A program made the translations under genes and the position numbers. This document shows, piece by piece, positions 43,211 to 54,230 of a DNA stretch of 64,000 nt (its first letter is position 1; every line of letters begins with the position of its first letter). The notes under the pieces are model-generated. The model saw only the letters and a list, made by a program, of their open reading frames with translations. It searched no databases and was not told the origin of the DNA. Source of the DNA: Camelus ferus (lineage: Eukaryota); NCBI RefSeq assembly GCF_009834535.1, contig NC_045729.1:17112001-17176000 (forward strand). The letters run 5' to 3'.

Positions 43211-45659
43211 ACTTTTTCATTATTTAAAACTGTTCTGTGATGCTCTGTCCATCATCTAACGCTCCCTGTACTTGGGCAGAGCTACCGAAACACTTAGTGC
43301 ACCCTCGGGAGTTTCACTTGTCTTCGGATGGATTGAGGACTTGGAGAACAGGGACTGTTATGTCTTCCCTTTTTGTTTGCACACAGTGTGGACACATAGT
43401 AGATACTTAACAGCCTTTGCTGAGGCAGTCCGAAGCACAACGCGTAGCAGGCTGTGCGCTGCAGGGCTGCTCGAGGAGGGGGCAGTCCCCAGGAGCTGGA
43501 GTTGGCAGGGAAGGCTTTCCCACGAAGTTGGAATCCTCTCCCTTTCCCCGGGTCCCGCCTGCACGCTCAGCAGCCTGGAGCCCTGCCCGCGTTTCCTCCC
43601 GCTCCTGTCCAGTGAGCCACTCCCATTCCTGCCTCTCCTCCTGCCCCAGCTTCCCCAAGCAGGGGAGGAAATGCCAGAGCCCTCTGCAGCTGCTCAGAGC
43701 CACCCACCCCAAGGAGCGGGCAGAGGGGGACAAAAACCAGAGGAGAGAGCGTGCACCTGTGGGGCAAACCTGAGTCCTTCAGGCTGCCCTCAGGTGCAGC
43801 GTGGAGGGGATGTTGGGGACCTGCTGCGGGAGGAGGTTGAGCCCTGGCGGTTGTCAGTGGTTTTTCCGTTTTTTTTCCCCTGTCTTCCCATCCTCCCTCC
43901 CTCTCTGGTTCTCTCCCTCTGGCCCTGGGACCTTGCTTTCGTCCCATCACCAGAAATCTCCTTCTCAGCGTTGCCAGGAACACCTGTCCTCTCCCTCCCA
44001 CCACGAGGGCCTTGGGAATCGGGACCCTTCTCTCCCTGAGCATCTCCTGCTGCTTTCGGAGGAGTCAGTCATGACAAAAACACTTCTACTGTTCTAGGCA
44101 CATAAAGCAACTCATTCCATCCTTGTAACAATCCTGTGGAGGATGTGCTGTGAGTGCCTTTATTTTTCAGGAAAGAAAACTGGGTTACTTGGTCAGAGTC
44201 CCGGCCAGTGCCAGTAAGGGATTCAGACCCTGCGTCTGAGTCTCAGTCACTGCAGCCCCCCACCCCCACCCCAGGGGTAACGCTTCTGCCTCCCTAGCTT
44301 GGTGTGGGGACGGGGAGTCCTTTGTCTCGCCGTCGGGGCTGTCAGCCACCAGCGCAGGTTCAGGAGAGAAGGGAGCCTCTGATCTTGAGAGTGTTCTCTC
44401 CTCGCCTCTCTGCTCTGTCTCCCCTCTTCCCTGATGAGGTGGGCGTTCACGGGTTGGGGAACGGCTAGATCCCTGCAGATACCTTTAGTTACCCACGCGC
44501 TGTGTTTGTGGCAGGAATCAATCTTCTCGGGGCCACCCTTGAGGCAGTCAGGTGGATCCAGAGCCAGCAAGCGCGGTGAGAGGCGGCTGGGGTTCCCGGG
44601 GTGTGTGTCTGGAGGTGACTCTGCAAGGCCTGGAGAGAGAATAGGTGCCGTGGTGCACAGGGCAGTGTGGTGTCCGGAGCCACTTTGGGGCCCCGGCAGG
44701 GAGGACAGTAAGCCATCCTGGAATGTCCGCTGTCAGCTCCCCCTGGGAGCAGGGCTGGGAGGAGCCCTGCGCATGTGGACCGCCCGTACCTGCCCACGGG
44801 CGTCAGCAGGGATGGTGGCAGGACTCCTTGTCCTGGGCGCTCGGCCCCGTTTTCTGTGGCATATCCTGTCTGGTTCTCCCATCTTTTTCCCTCTTTCACA
44901 TCACTCTCAGGTCTTTCATTCAGACCCCTCAGTGCGGCCTGGCTTTGCATTTTAAATAAGAATCAAAGCTTTAGGTGATGGTGGTGTACTGGGCACCGGC
45001 AGATGGATCAGGGCCTGGGAAATCATGCCGTATCAACCCTTTCCTGTTTTGAGGACCATGGCCCCAGACAGACCTCCCTCCTTCCTGTACCTCTGCCTTC
45101 ATAAGCTCCTTGCATTGGAGCCCACTGCCCACCCAGCCAGGCAACATTTGGGATGGAGAGCCCCTTGTGTGCGGATGAGGAGGAGGATGATGGTGTGGTC
45201 AGCACGCTTGGGGAAGTCAATGTTTAGTGAAGGGAACAGAAGGCAGACAGTTTCTCACTGTCACGCAGAGTGACCTGTAAATGTTCAGGTTATTCCATGA
45301 AGGGGCACGAATGGAGGGCGAGCGGTTAATCTGCTCACAGCCTCCTGCATTCTGGGTCATCCCCGCCTGCCATTAGGATGTGCAGGAAATGGAAGATAAT
45401 GCAGTCATTAATCTCGACCTGAGCCAAGCTGAACCAGAAGGATTCACTGGGGTCCTCCTCCCCCAAACACAGAGTGTGAGGCCCTCCAGGACCGAGGGGC
45501 AGTGGTGGATTGTTGCTGCACTCACCTCTGCTGGTTTTGGGAACCGCATGTTGTCTGCACAGACCCGTTGCCCACGTATCTGCGTCTGCGCACATCCTAG
45601 CTACAGTGACTGGAACCAGGAGGGGCGGGGCTGGAAGGTTTCCTGGAGGAGAAAATCTT

Positions 45660-45880
45660 AGTGTAAAGTCGGGTTGGAATCCCAGCTCAGCCACTAGGCG
45701 ATGCATAGCCGTGGCCAAATCGTGTGATGCCTCCGACCGCTTTGGTCTCCTCATCTGATGCCCATCGGGGGGTACTTGGTAAGTTGCCAAGGAAACAAAG
45801 GATTAAATGAGAGAACATAGGTCGGAGAGTCTAGAGTGGAGCCTGGTAGGTACCAGAAGCTCCGTATAGTTACCATTCTA
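45660..45880 (+). mobile_element. MIR remnant
   Basis: gggttggaatcccagctcagccacta...ggattaaatgagagaa. Confidence 0.6.
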
Positions 45881-48299
45881 GTTCCTTCACCTCAGGTCCC
45901 AAATCCGTAAAAGTCTTCTGTCTTTTGCTGATCTTGACCTGTCTGTAAGCGAGCTGTACTCTCCCACTCTAATTACTCCCATCCCTCTTCTGACCTGGTT
46001 TCATGGACCGGCATTAGACTCTAACACCTGCCAGTTGTCCAGATGCCCTGGAGACCGCCCCCCCCCCCCCCGCCACCGACTTCTAAGAGCTTTTTTCTTT
46101 TCTTTCTGGAGTCTCTGGAAAGTTTGCCCCAGAGCTAGGACCCAGTATCAGATACCTCCCCAGAAGGCTGACTGGTCCCCAGGAGGACGCACCCAGAAAC
46201 ACGGGGACATTTGCACGATCAGTCATCCAACTGCAAGCCCTGGTCCGAGCTACAGGTCTCGCCTACTACACTGAACCCCTGCATTTAAAATTCTCATTGC
46301 ATTTTAAGTGTATTAATGTAGCTTGTTACAGAGTCCTTTTTTCAAAGTGAAAAAATGCAGCCTAATTTATCTGCTTTCTAAACCTGCGCTTCCAAATCTC
46401 ATTTGATTGAAGCGAGACACACCTCCACCTTTCTCAGGGCGCCTCAGTGAGCGATGCGGTGCACTCGACAGCCCGAAGCACCATGGAGCCCATGAACCTA
46501 ACGGAGGAAGAGAGAAGATAAACTGCCTCTGTTGCTTGCTTGTGCAGTGTCTCAAAACTCAGGAGGGAAGTTCTTCTTGAGGTCTAGCCTAACTCCCTCC
46601 AGAGCAACCATACGTTGGTGAAGGAGCAGGTTAGATGGTGTGCATTTGATTAGCCCCACTGGGTCTGAAGTCCATGGGGATTTGTCTCAGGAGCCTCATT
46701 GTGAGCCTCCCATGTCCTAGGCCATGGAGCCCGCGGGAGGATTGGAAAATATCTTCCTTGTGAGGCTGAGGAGCGGGGAGCCTGGCCGTCTGCAGGTTGG
46801 AGCTCTTTTCCCAGCCTGGTCTCAGGCTCAGGATGGGTCACATGACTTTCCGCAGATCTTAAGTTTCAGTGTTTTCAATTGGTTTGGGTTCCTCCACCTC
46901 CTGTCTCCTGTGGCATCTACAGGCAGGTCAGCTTGCTGTTTTCTGCAGGATCTCATGTTCCTTGGTGGACGGCATGGGATGTCTGAAGGTCACCTGGGCC
47001 AGGCCCCTGCCTCTGGGACAGGCTTCCTGTGTCCCGGTCCTTCAGACATCTTCCCAGGGATTTCTCCATCACCTTGGATAATCTCTTCCTCTGCTCTGTA
47101 GCAACAAGGTTCTTTCCAGAGTCTGACTTGAACCTCTCCTGCTGCCATCTCTACCCCTTGGTCCACTTAGCCCTGGCCTCTGGGGAGCAAAGAGCAGCTG
47201 CTCAGCCCCACCCCTGTTCCTTCCTTGTTCTTGTTGGGGTATCACCTCCATGCATCCAGCTCCGAATCCCCCAGCAATTTCTTTGTCACTAGATCACATT
47301 GCGCGCTCCTGTCCAAGTGCTGTCTGGCCGCTTCCTGTTCCAGGCGTCTCCCTCCCACCTGAGTATTTGTGTTTCTGATTATTTATCCCCAGATGCAGCA
47401 GCCGCATTTTTCCAGGTTGAATCTGCTCGTTGTTACTTCCTGCCCGGCTCTGCTAACATCTCCAGGTCCCCTTTGCAGTCGCCGCTGCCTCAGGCTTGCT
47501 GGGCGTGGAAACGTGGGTTTCCAGCCTTCGGAAAGCAGACCATGTGGGGACTGGGATGGGGACAGCCGGTTCCCCTGCCTAGGGGGCCCCGCCCAGAGTG
47601 AAGTCCGGGACTCCCCAGGAGAAAATCTGAACAGATGAGCTTGGAAAGCCATCGAGCACTGCCAGCAGGGGGGCGACCGCCCGAGCCTGTCCCAGCTGTC
47701 GGGCCTTCTCGGGGGTCCCCAGGGCTGAGAACAAGGAGACGCCTTCCTGCCCTCTTGGCCTCGGCCCTTTCCAAACAGCCGTCGCCAGTTTTAATTAAAT
47801 ACTCAGCAGATGAAGCCATGAGCCCCAGAAGGGGGGATCGGGCCGCTTCCTGTCCGGGGAGGGGCCCGGGCCAGGGTGGCAGGGGCCACCAGTGAAATGC
47901 AGAGGGGGAGTCAGCGCTCCCCCGATTCTTTTTGCAAAGGCTGCATTGATTTTATTTCAGTTTTTTAAAATTTCTATCTTATTTCATTGTCAGCTCCGAT
48001 GACTCAGAAAGTCAGAGCTGGAAGGGACCTTGGAGAGTCTTTCCTGCTTGCTTCATTTTATAGACGGAGGCCCATGGAAGTTTGAGAACTTTCTCAGGTT
48101 CGCGAAAGCGCTTCCAGTGGAGGGGTGCTAAGTGTTCGGCGTGGCTGGGGTTAGTGTCTGGGGCTGCATCTGGACTCTCTTTTGTTCCATTGGTCTGTTT
48201 GACTGTCCTTGTGCTAGTATCTAATATCCCATCGTAAGCACTGCATTTATAATGAGTAACTCACACTTGCAAAGCTGTTTTTACTTATTGTTTCTGGTT

Positions 48300-49030
48300 C
48301 TTAATCTCTTGGTCAAACTCCTTCAGTCTGCCTTCTGTTCTCATCACTCTACCCCAGATACTCTTATATAGATGGCCAGTGTCCTCGACTTGGTGCTAAA
48401 CCTAACAGAAATTTTTTGGTTCTCAGATTCCTTAACCTTTTGGCAACATTCAGCACAGCTAACCATTCCTTCCTCTTTTGGGGGTGAGGAGGAGGTAATT
48501 AGGTTGATTTATGTGCTTAATGGGGTGCTGAGGACTGAACCCAGGACCTCGTGTGTGCTAAGCACGCGCTCTGCCACTGAGCTGAGACGTGCGCTCCCCT
48601 CCCCTGTTCCTTCCTCCCTGAAGCGCCCTGTGCCCGCCTGCGTTCTCCCCGGCTTCTCTAGTTGTGCCTCCAAATTCTTCTCGGCTGGGTTATCCTGCTC
48701 TAATTGATTTTTAAATATTGAGCTGCTTCAAATCCTACTTCCAGGTTCTCTTCTCTTACGTTTACTCTCAAGATGATTTCTTTTATTTACAGCATGTCTG
48801 CTGCCATCTTTAGGGTAAGGGAGCTCCCAAACTTACATCTCTAGCTAGAATGTCCTTCAGAGCTTGAAATCATGGGTTGGCTCCTTCAGGGTTTTTCCCC
48901 TCTGGGGATTTCTTCCTGAGATACGTATTTTTTTAACCCAGAATTTTTTACCCTCTGACCTCGTCTCTGTTCCATCATCCAGTGTTGCCCCAGTGAGACC
49001 AGCTCGAAGCGCACCTTGCTCTGGCCTCTG
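48300..49030 (+). mobile_element. L2 remnant (ORF2 region) interrupted by a SINE
   Basis: ggcaacattcagcacagctaaccattccttcctc...ctcccaaacttacatctctagc, typical L2 text. Confidence 0.55.
48476..48606 (-). mobile_element. Vic-1-like SINE, antisense, diverged head
   Basis: TSD TTCCTTCCTC at 48466-48475 and 48607-48616. Body gaacccaggacctcgtgtgtgctaagcacgcgctctgccactgagct. Confidence 0.85.
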
Positions 49031-50017
49031 GACTGGCGTGAGGCTGCCAGCATCTCAGGGCAGCCGGCGCACTAAAGGAATGAACCTGTGGCCACAGGAG
49101 TCCTTGCCACCTTCCCCAGACCCCCGGGGGGAATTTTCCATGCTGCCAAGGACTCAGTACTGGTGGGAATTATCACCTCTGGGAAGAACTGGTTTTCCCA
49201 AGATGCAGGTCTAGGCAGGGGAAAAAAAAAAAAGAGAGGAATTTTAAGCCCCAGAGACCAAAGACCAGAGGCGGCGCACACCTGATGAGTCCTGTTCTCC
49301 ACCTGAGTACCTGCCTTCGCTTGTTCACAGACACACTGCCTCTGATTGTCTTGCGTTTCTGAGCCCCAGGGGCCTGCATCATTTGCACAACTGCCATGAA
49401 TCCTCCAGGCCACCAGGAGGCAGGAAAGAGCCTTGGGGGGGGTGCTTTGCTAAGTGAAACCCGACACGTCGCAAAGACATAACGTCCCCTTCAAAGAAGG
49501 GTTTACTTCTCAATCAGGCACTGACCTAAAAGACTTCTTCTCCCCCTCTACTCACGAGCCCCACTTTGTCCTTCCTGGGTTGGCTGTCCGTCTGGTGGCC
49601 AGCACACCCCACTGTAGCCCATTTGATGTGACAGAGGGTTGTGTATAGAAGAGGGGACACGGTCCTGGCTCCCAGGAGGAGGAGATAAAGACACTTATCT
49701 TACAGTTTGCAAGCCCCATCTTGTGGAGCTGTCCTGAGTCCTCCTGCCTGGGCTCCTGGACTCTTGTGCATGGACCCACATTTTAGCAGGTCTCTTCTTG
49801 GAGGGCGACCAACTGTGTGTCCTACTGTTCCCTGGCTCCATGTAAGCTCTTTGGGGGCAGGGATCGTGGGGACCCAATCTCTGCATCTTCAGGCACAAGC
49901 GGTGTAGAACGGTGGCCAAGCACTCTTGGCGTCGGGACCAGACAAACCTGGATTCAAATCCCTGTGTGACCACCAAAAGCTTTCTTTTTCTTTCTCTTTA
50001 AGACTTTGCCTTTTCAT

Positions 50018-50589
50018 ACATGCACCCTAATGTTCATAGCAGCACTATATGAACGATAGCCAAGACGTGGGAACAACAGATAACTGGATAAAGAAGCTAT
50101 GGTACATTTATACAATGGAATACTACTCAGCCATAAAAAGAACAAAATAACGCCATTTGCAGCAACATGGACGGACCTGGAGATTGTCATTCTAAGTGAA
50201 GTAAGCCAGAAAGAGAAAGAAAAATACCCTATGATATCACTTATGTGTGGAATCTAAAAAGAGAAAAAAGACACTAATGAACTTACCTACAAAACAGAAA
50301 CAGAAACAGACTCACAGACATAGTAAACAAACTTATGGTTATCGGAGGGAAAGGTGGTGGGAAGGGATAAATTGGGAATTTGACATTTGCAAATATTAAC
50401 TACTATATATGAAACATGAAAACCAAGTTCCTTCTGTACAGCACGGGGAATGATATTCAATATCTTGTAGTAACCTACAATGGAAAAGAATATGAAAACA
50501 AATATATGTATGCACATGCATGACTGAAACATTGTGCTGCACACCAGAAATTGACACATTATAACTTGATTATACTTCAATTGAAAAAA
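50018..50589 (+). mobile_element. 5'-truncated artiodactyl-type L1 (ORF2 C-terminus, 3' UTR, short A tail)
   Basis: Perfect 18-bp TSD AAGACTTTGCCTTTTCAT at 50000-50017 and 50590-50607. Contains the L1 ORF2 end (tatggtacatttatacaatggaatactactcagccataaaaa). Confidence 0.92.
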
Positions 50590-51221
50590 AAGACTTTGCC
50601 TTTTCATTAAAAATAAAGAAGTGGAGCCATCAGCAGTCCCTGCCCCACAGAGCTTCTGTGAGGGTCCTAGAAGGTGATGCTGTAAAGAGCTCCGAGCTCT
50701 GCTTGGCATATTGCAAGGGCTCAGAGAAGTTCGTTCCTCTGTCCCTTCTCCCCACCCTCCCTTCCTTCCAGGGCATCACCTGGTACTCGGCACAGAGAAG
50801 GTGCACAGAAAACAGGAGTTCAATGACTAAGAAAGTAGCTGAAGGAAAAAAACCAACTGAAGCCCAGCGAAAGGGCTCGCTAGGGTAGTCACCCCTCATT
50901 TCCTCTGAACACAGCGGGCGATGTCTGCAGAGCAGTGGGACTGGCCCCTGGGGGTCAGAGCCCCGTCGTGGCAGCAGTGGGTTCTCAGGGCCCGGTTGTG
51001 AGTCATCTGCCTCGAGTCATACATTTTTACTGAGGGTGCTGCTGGATCAGGTAGGGTTACTTACTTCAATAATTTAATATTGGCGGATTTATCTTTCACT
51101 TTCCCCATATTTCAGTGAATCCATCAAGACATTTCACTGGGGTCTGAGGCTCGTGACTATAGATAGCTCTTTTCCATTATGAATTTTATTAATTTCATAG
51201 TCCTTTTCACTTTTTTTTCTT

Positions 51222-51355
51222 NNNNNNNNNNNNNNNNNNNNNNNNNNNNNNNNNNNNNNNNNNNNNNNNNNNNNNNNNNNNNNNNNNNNNNNNNNNNNNN
51301 NNNNNNNNNNNNNNNNNNNNNNNNNNNNNNNNNNNNNNNNNNNNNNNNNNNNNNN
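51222..51355. other. Assembly gap (134 N)
   Basis: Run of N. Confidence 1.
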
Positions 51356-51479
51356 TTACAAAAGCCTAACTTAATTATTATTAGATTCAAGAGACACAAC
51401 ATTTACTATGATATTATTGTGGCTAAATATCCACATTTTGAGTTACGAATACACACATAACATTATCTGTACCATTTTA

Positions 51480-51990
51480 AATCACATACAATTTACCGTT
51501 CTAACCATTTTTAAGTGTGCAGTTGCATGGGATGAAGCACGTTCTGTTGTTCTGCAGCCCTCACCGCCATCCAGCTCTAGAGCTTTCTCGTCTTTCCCGA
51601 CAGAAACTCTGTCCCCGTGAACCACCAGCGCCTCCCCCGCCCCCTCTGACTTCAGCCCCAGGCACCACCCTTCTTCCTTCTGTCTCTGTGAGTCGGACCA
51701 GGAGAGGCACCTCATAGAAGTAGGACTGTACAACGTATGTCCTTTTGTGACTGTCCTTCTGTGTCCTTTTATTTCACTTAGCATGATGTCTTCAGGGTTC
51801 ATCCATGTTGTAGCATGTGTCAGAATTCTCTTCCTTTTTTAAGGCTAAATATTCCATCTTTTGTGTGTACCGTGTTTTATTTATCCATTCATCCGTCATT
51901 GGACAGTTGGGTTGCTTCCAGCTTTCAGCTAGTGAGAGTGATGCAGTTATGAACATGGGGGTACAGATACCTGTTTGAGTCCCTAATTTC
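51480..51990 (-). mobile_element. L1MB-type 3' region, antisense
   Basis: tttcacttagcatgatgtcttcagggttcatccatgttgtagcatgtgtcagaatt...ggacagttgggttgcttcca. Confidence 0.8.
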
Positions 51991-52484
51991 CCCTCTCTGC
52001 TTTTAAACTTGCTTGGGATGGTCAGGGCAGCTTAGATTTGTAGGCTGGAAAGGGCCCGAGATGGGGTGTCTGTCTAGAGCCCTCCTCTTGAAATGCAGGT
52101 CCCAAGTCCCAGACCAGGACTCTGTGCGGAGTCCTCGGGGCCCATCCAGGCATCTCCTGAGCACCACCGGTGACAGGATCTGAGGTGACTTCTGGTTTTC
52201 CCTGCTTGCAGAGAGGGACAGTGGCACGGATCTCCAGAAAGAGACAAGGGGGTTTGTGTTGGCTCTGGCTGGAGTTAGCCGCGGTGGATGGGTGTTCCAT
52301 TCCTTGAGTCCGTGTTGATTTGCGTCAGGGTCCGTAAGCCAGTGGGGGGCAGGGCCATACGGGTCAGAGGTCTGAATTAGCCATGGACAGTCCTCAGAAG
52401 CATCCCCGTTGTCACTCGTTAAGGACTGCGTGGCTCTAAGGGATGTTCCGAAGAACTCAGATCAGGCTGGCAGTGTTGCTAAGT

Positions 52485-52700
52485 GCTCAAGGACTTGGAC
52501 TCTGAGTTTGGACGGCCGGGGTCCAAGTCTTGACTCTTGCGCTGACTGACAGATACCCTGGGCAGGTCACCAAATCTTTCTCAGGCTGACTTTTTTGCCC
52601 CACCTGTAAAATGGGAGAAAGAACAGTGTCTACTTGCTGGGTTTGTTGTATTTAAAGCCCTGAGTGTAGTACCTGGCGTATGCTAAGCTGCTTGTTAAAT
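52485..52700 (+). mobile_element. MIR remnant
   Basis: ccctgggcaggtcac...cctgtaaaatgggagaaagaacagt. Confidence 0.6.
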
Positions 52701-54039
52701 ACTGGCCTTTGTTATCACCTCAGCTTTTGTTCTTGCAGCCACGCCCCTCTGCCCATCCTTGGTCCTTACTTAGTGAGTACGAGCCTCGGACAGAGCCTGG
52801 TCTGTGTCTTGAGTGCATTTTCTAGGCAGTTCCTCTCTTTCTGCAAAACCCTGAGATCGGCTCACCCACCCCCCAGCTCGGTGAAAGCTCTGACACCTTG
52901 TAAGGCTTCACCCCTTCCTAATAACTTTCTCTGTGAGTCGGGGCCACCCGGCGTGCTCACGCTTCCGGACCCCAGGACTGGGGAAGGGGTGGTGGCTGCC
53001 GCTGGCTTTGTGAGCTCTCAGGCGGCGAGCGCCAACTGGAGAGGTCAACCCCACCAGAGGAAATTTCGTCCGACTTCCACGGAATAGGAATATTAATCTG
53101 ACGTGGGGCCAGAGCAGGCTGGGCCGGAGGGAGATGAACTAGCAGAGCAAGAATGTAGTGTCTTGGTGGAATCGGGCAGAGGATGGCTGCAGCAAATCGG
53201 AACCAGATTTTTGAACCAGATTGTTGATGGTGGTGGATAGGAAGGTGGTGGTTGCGCCTCGGGGTCCCCTCTGCTCCCCACTGGCAGCCCTGCCCCGGGG
53301 CGGTGTTCATCCTTCATCACCATGCTGGGGAGAGAGAGCTGGCTTGTGGCTCTGCCTGCTGGCTTCCTTCCATATTTGTTTGGTCCGTTTTCTGTCCCAA
53401 TGATCAAGAACAATCCACAGATCCAGCGTGTTGTCCTAGGTCATGGGTTGTTGAGAATGTCCTAAATAATGGCTGTTTCTGTCCAGTGCCCCATCCTGAA
53501 GCAGGCTGGACCGCTTCCCTGGGGCCCCCGGAAGAGTTTCCTGGTGTCGGGGTTGCTGTGGTCCGCTCCCCAGCCCTGGGATGGCGCTGAAGGTGCTGGC
53601 CGTCCTGGGCTGGGACAGGGATGGCTTCTGGGCCCCCGGGGATCTGATCTTGCCCTCAGGCCACCCTGCCCTCCCGCAGTGACTTCTCTTCTTGGGAGAC
53701 ATGTGCAGTTCCAGCAGCGGGAAGGAGTGGGGATGGGGGCGAAAGGACAGGCTTTCAGGTTTGCTCTTGCCCAGTCTGCCTAGGAGGCTGGTCCGGTGGA
53801 CGGCTGAGGGTGACACGTCTGAAACTGAAGCTGCTGTTCTGAGCAGATGCCAGTAGTTTCATCCCTTCCCTCATGAATTTTACGAGGTCCTGTGGCAGCA
53901 GCTAGAATCACTGCCCACCCTGGCCATGATCGCGTGTTGCCTGGCACCTTGCAGGGCGAGAGGCCCAGATTTGAAATGCCCGTCCCTTGATTCACTGTTG
54001 GAGGGGGCACAGAATGTCAGAGCTAAGTGGTCGGGGCCT

Positions 54040-54230
54040 AGGGGTGGACAGCCTGGTTCCCTAGCTCCACTTTTTGCAATCTGCCTGACCTGGGGCCAAG
54101 TTTTTAACTTTTCGGTGCCTCAGTTTCTCTCTCTGTAAAATGGGGATGACAACACATGCTTATGACCATGCTTATGGTGTTGGGATTCAGTCAGCTTGCA
54201 AAGGGGTTAGAGAGGTGTCTGCTGCACAGA
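54040..54230 (+). mobile_element. MIR remnant
   Basis: gacctggggccaagtttttaacttttcggtgcctcagtttctctctctgtaaaatggggatga. Confidence 0.7.

Noticed and set aside
43272-44039. 255-aa ORF, and many similar 100-250 aa ORFs
   Set aside because: Low-complexity products from GC-rich intronic DNA that partly overlap repeats. No homology or exon structure recognised.
47661-47676. CTCF-like CCAGCAGGGGGGCG (similar case at 55044-55056)
   Set aside because: An extra G shifts the invariant C, giving a poor match.
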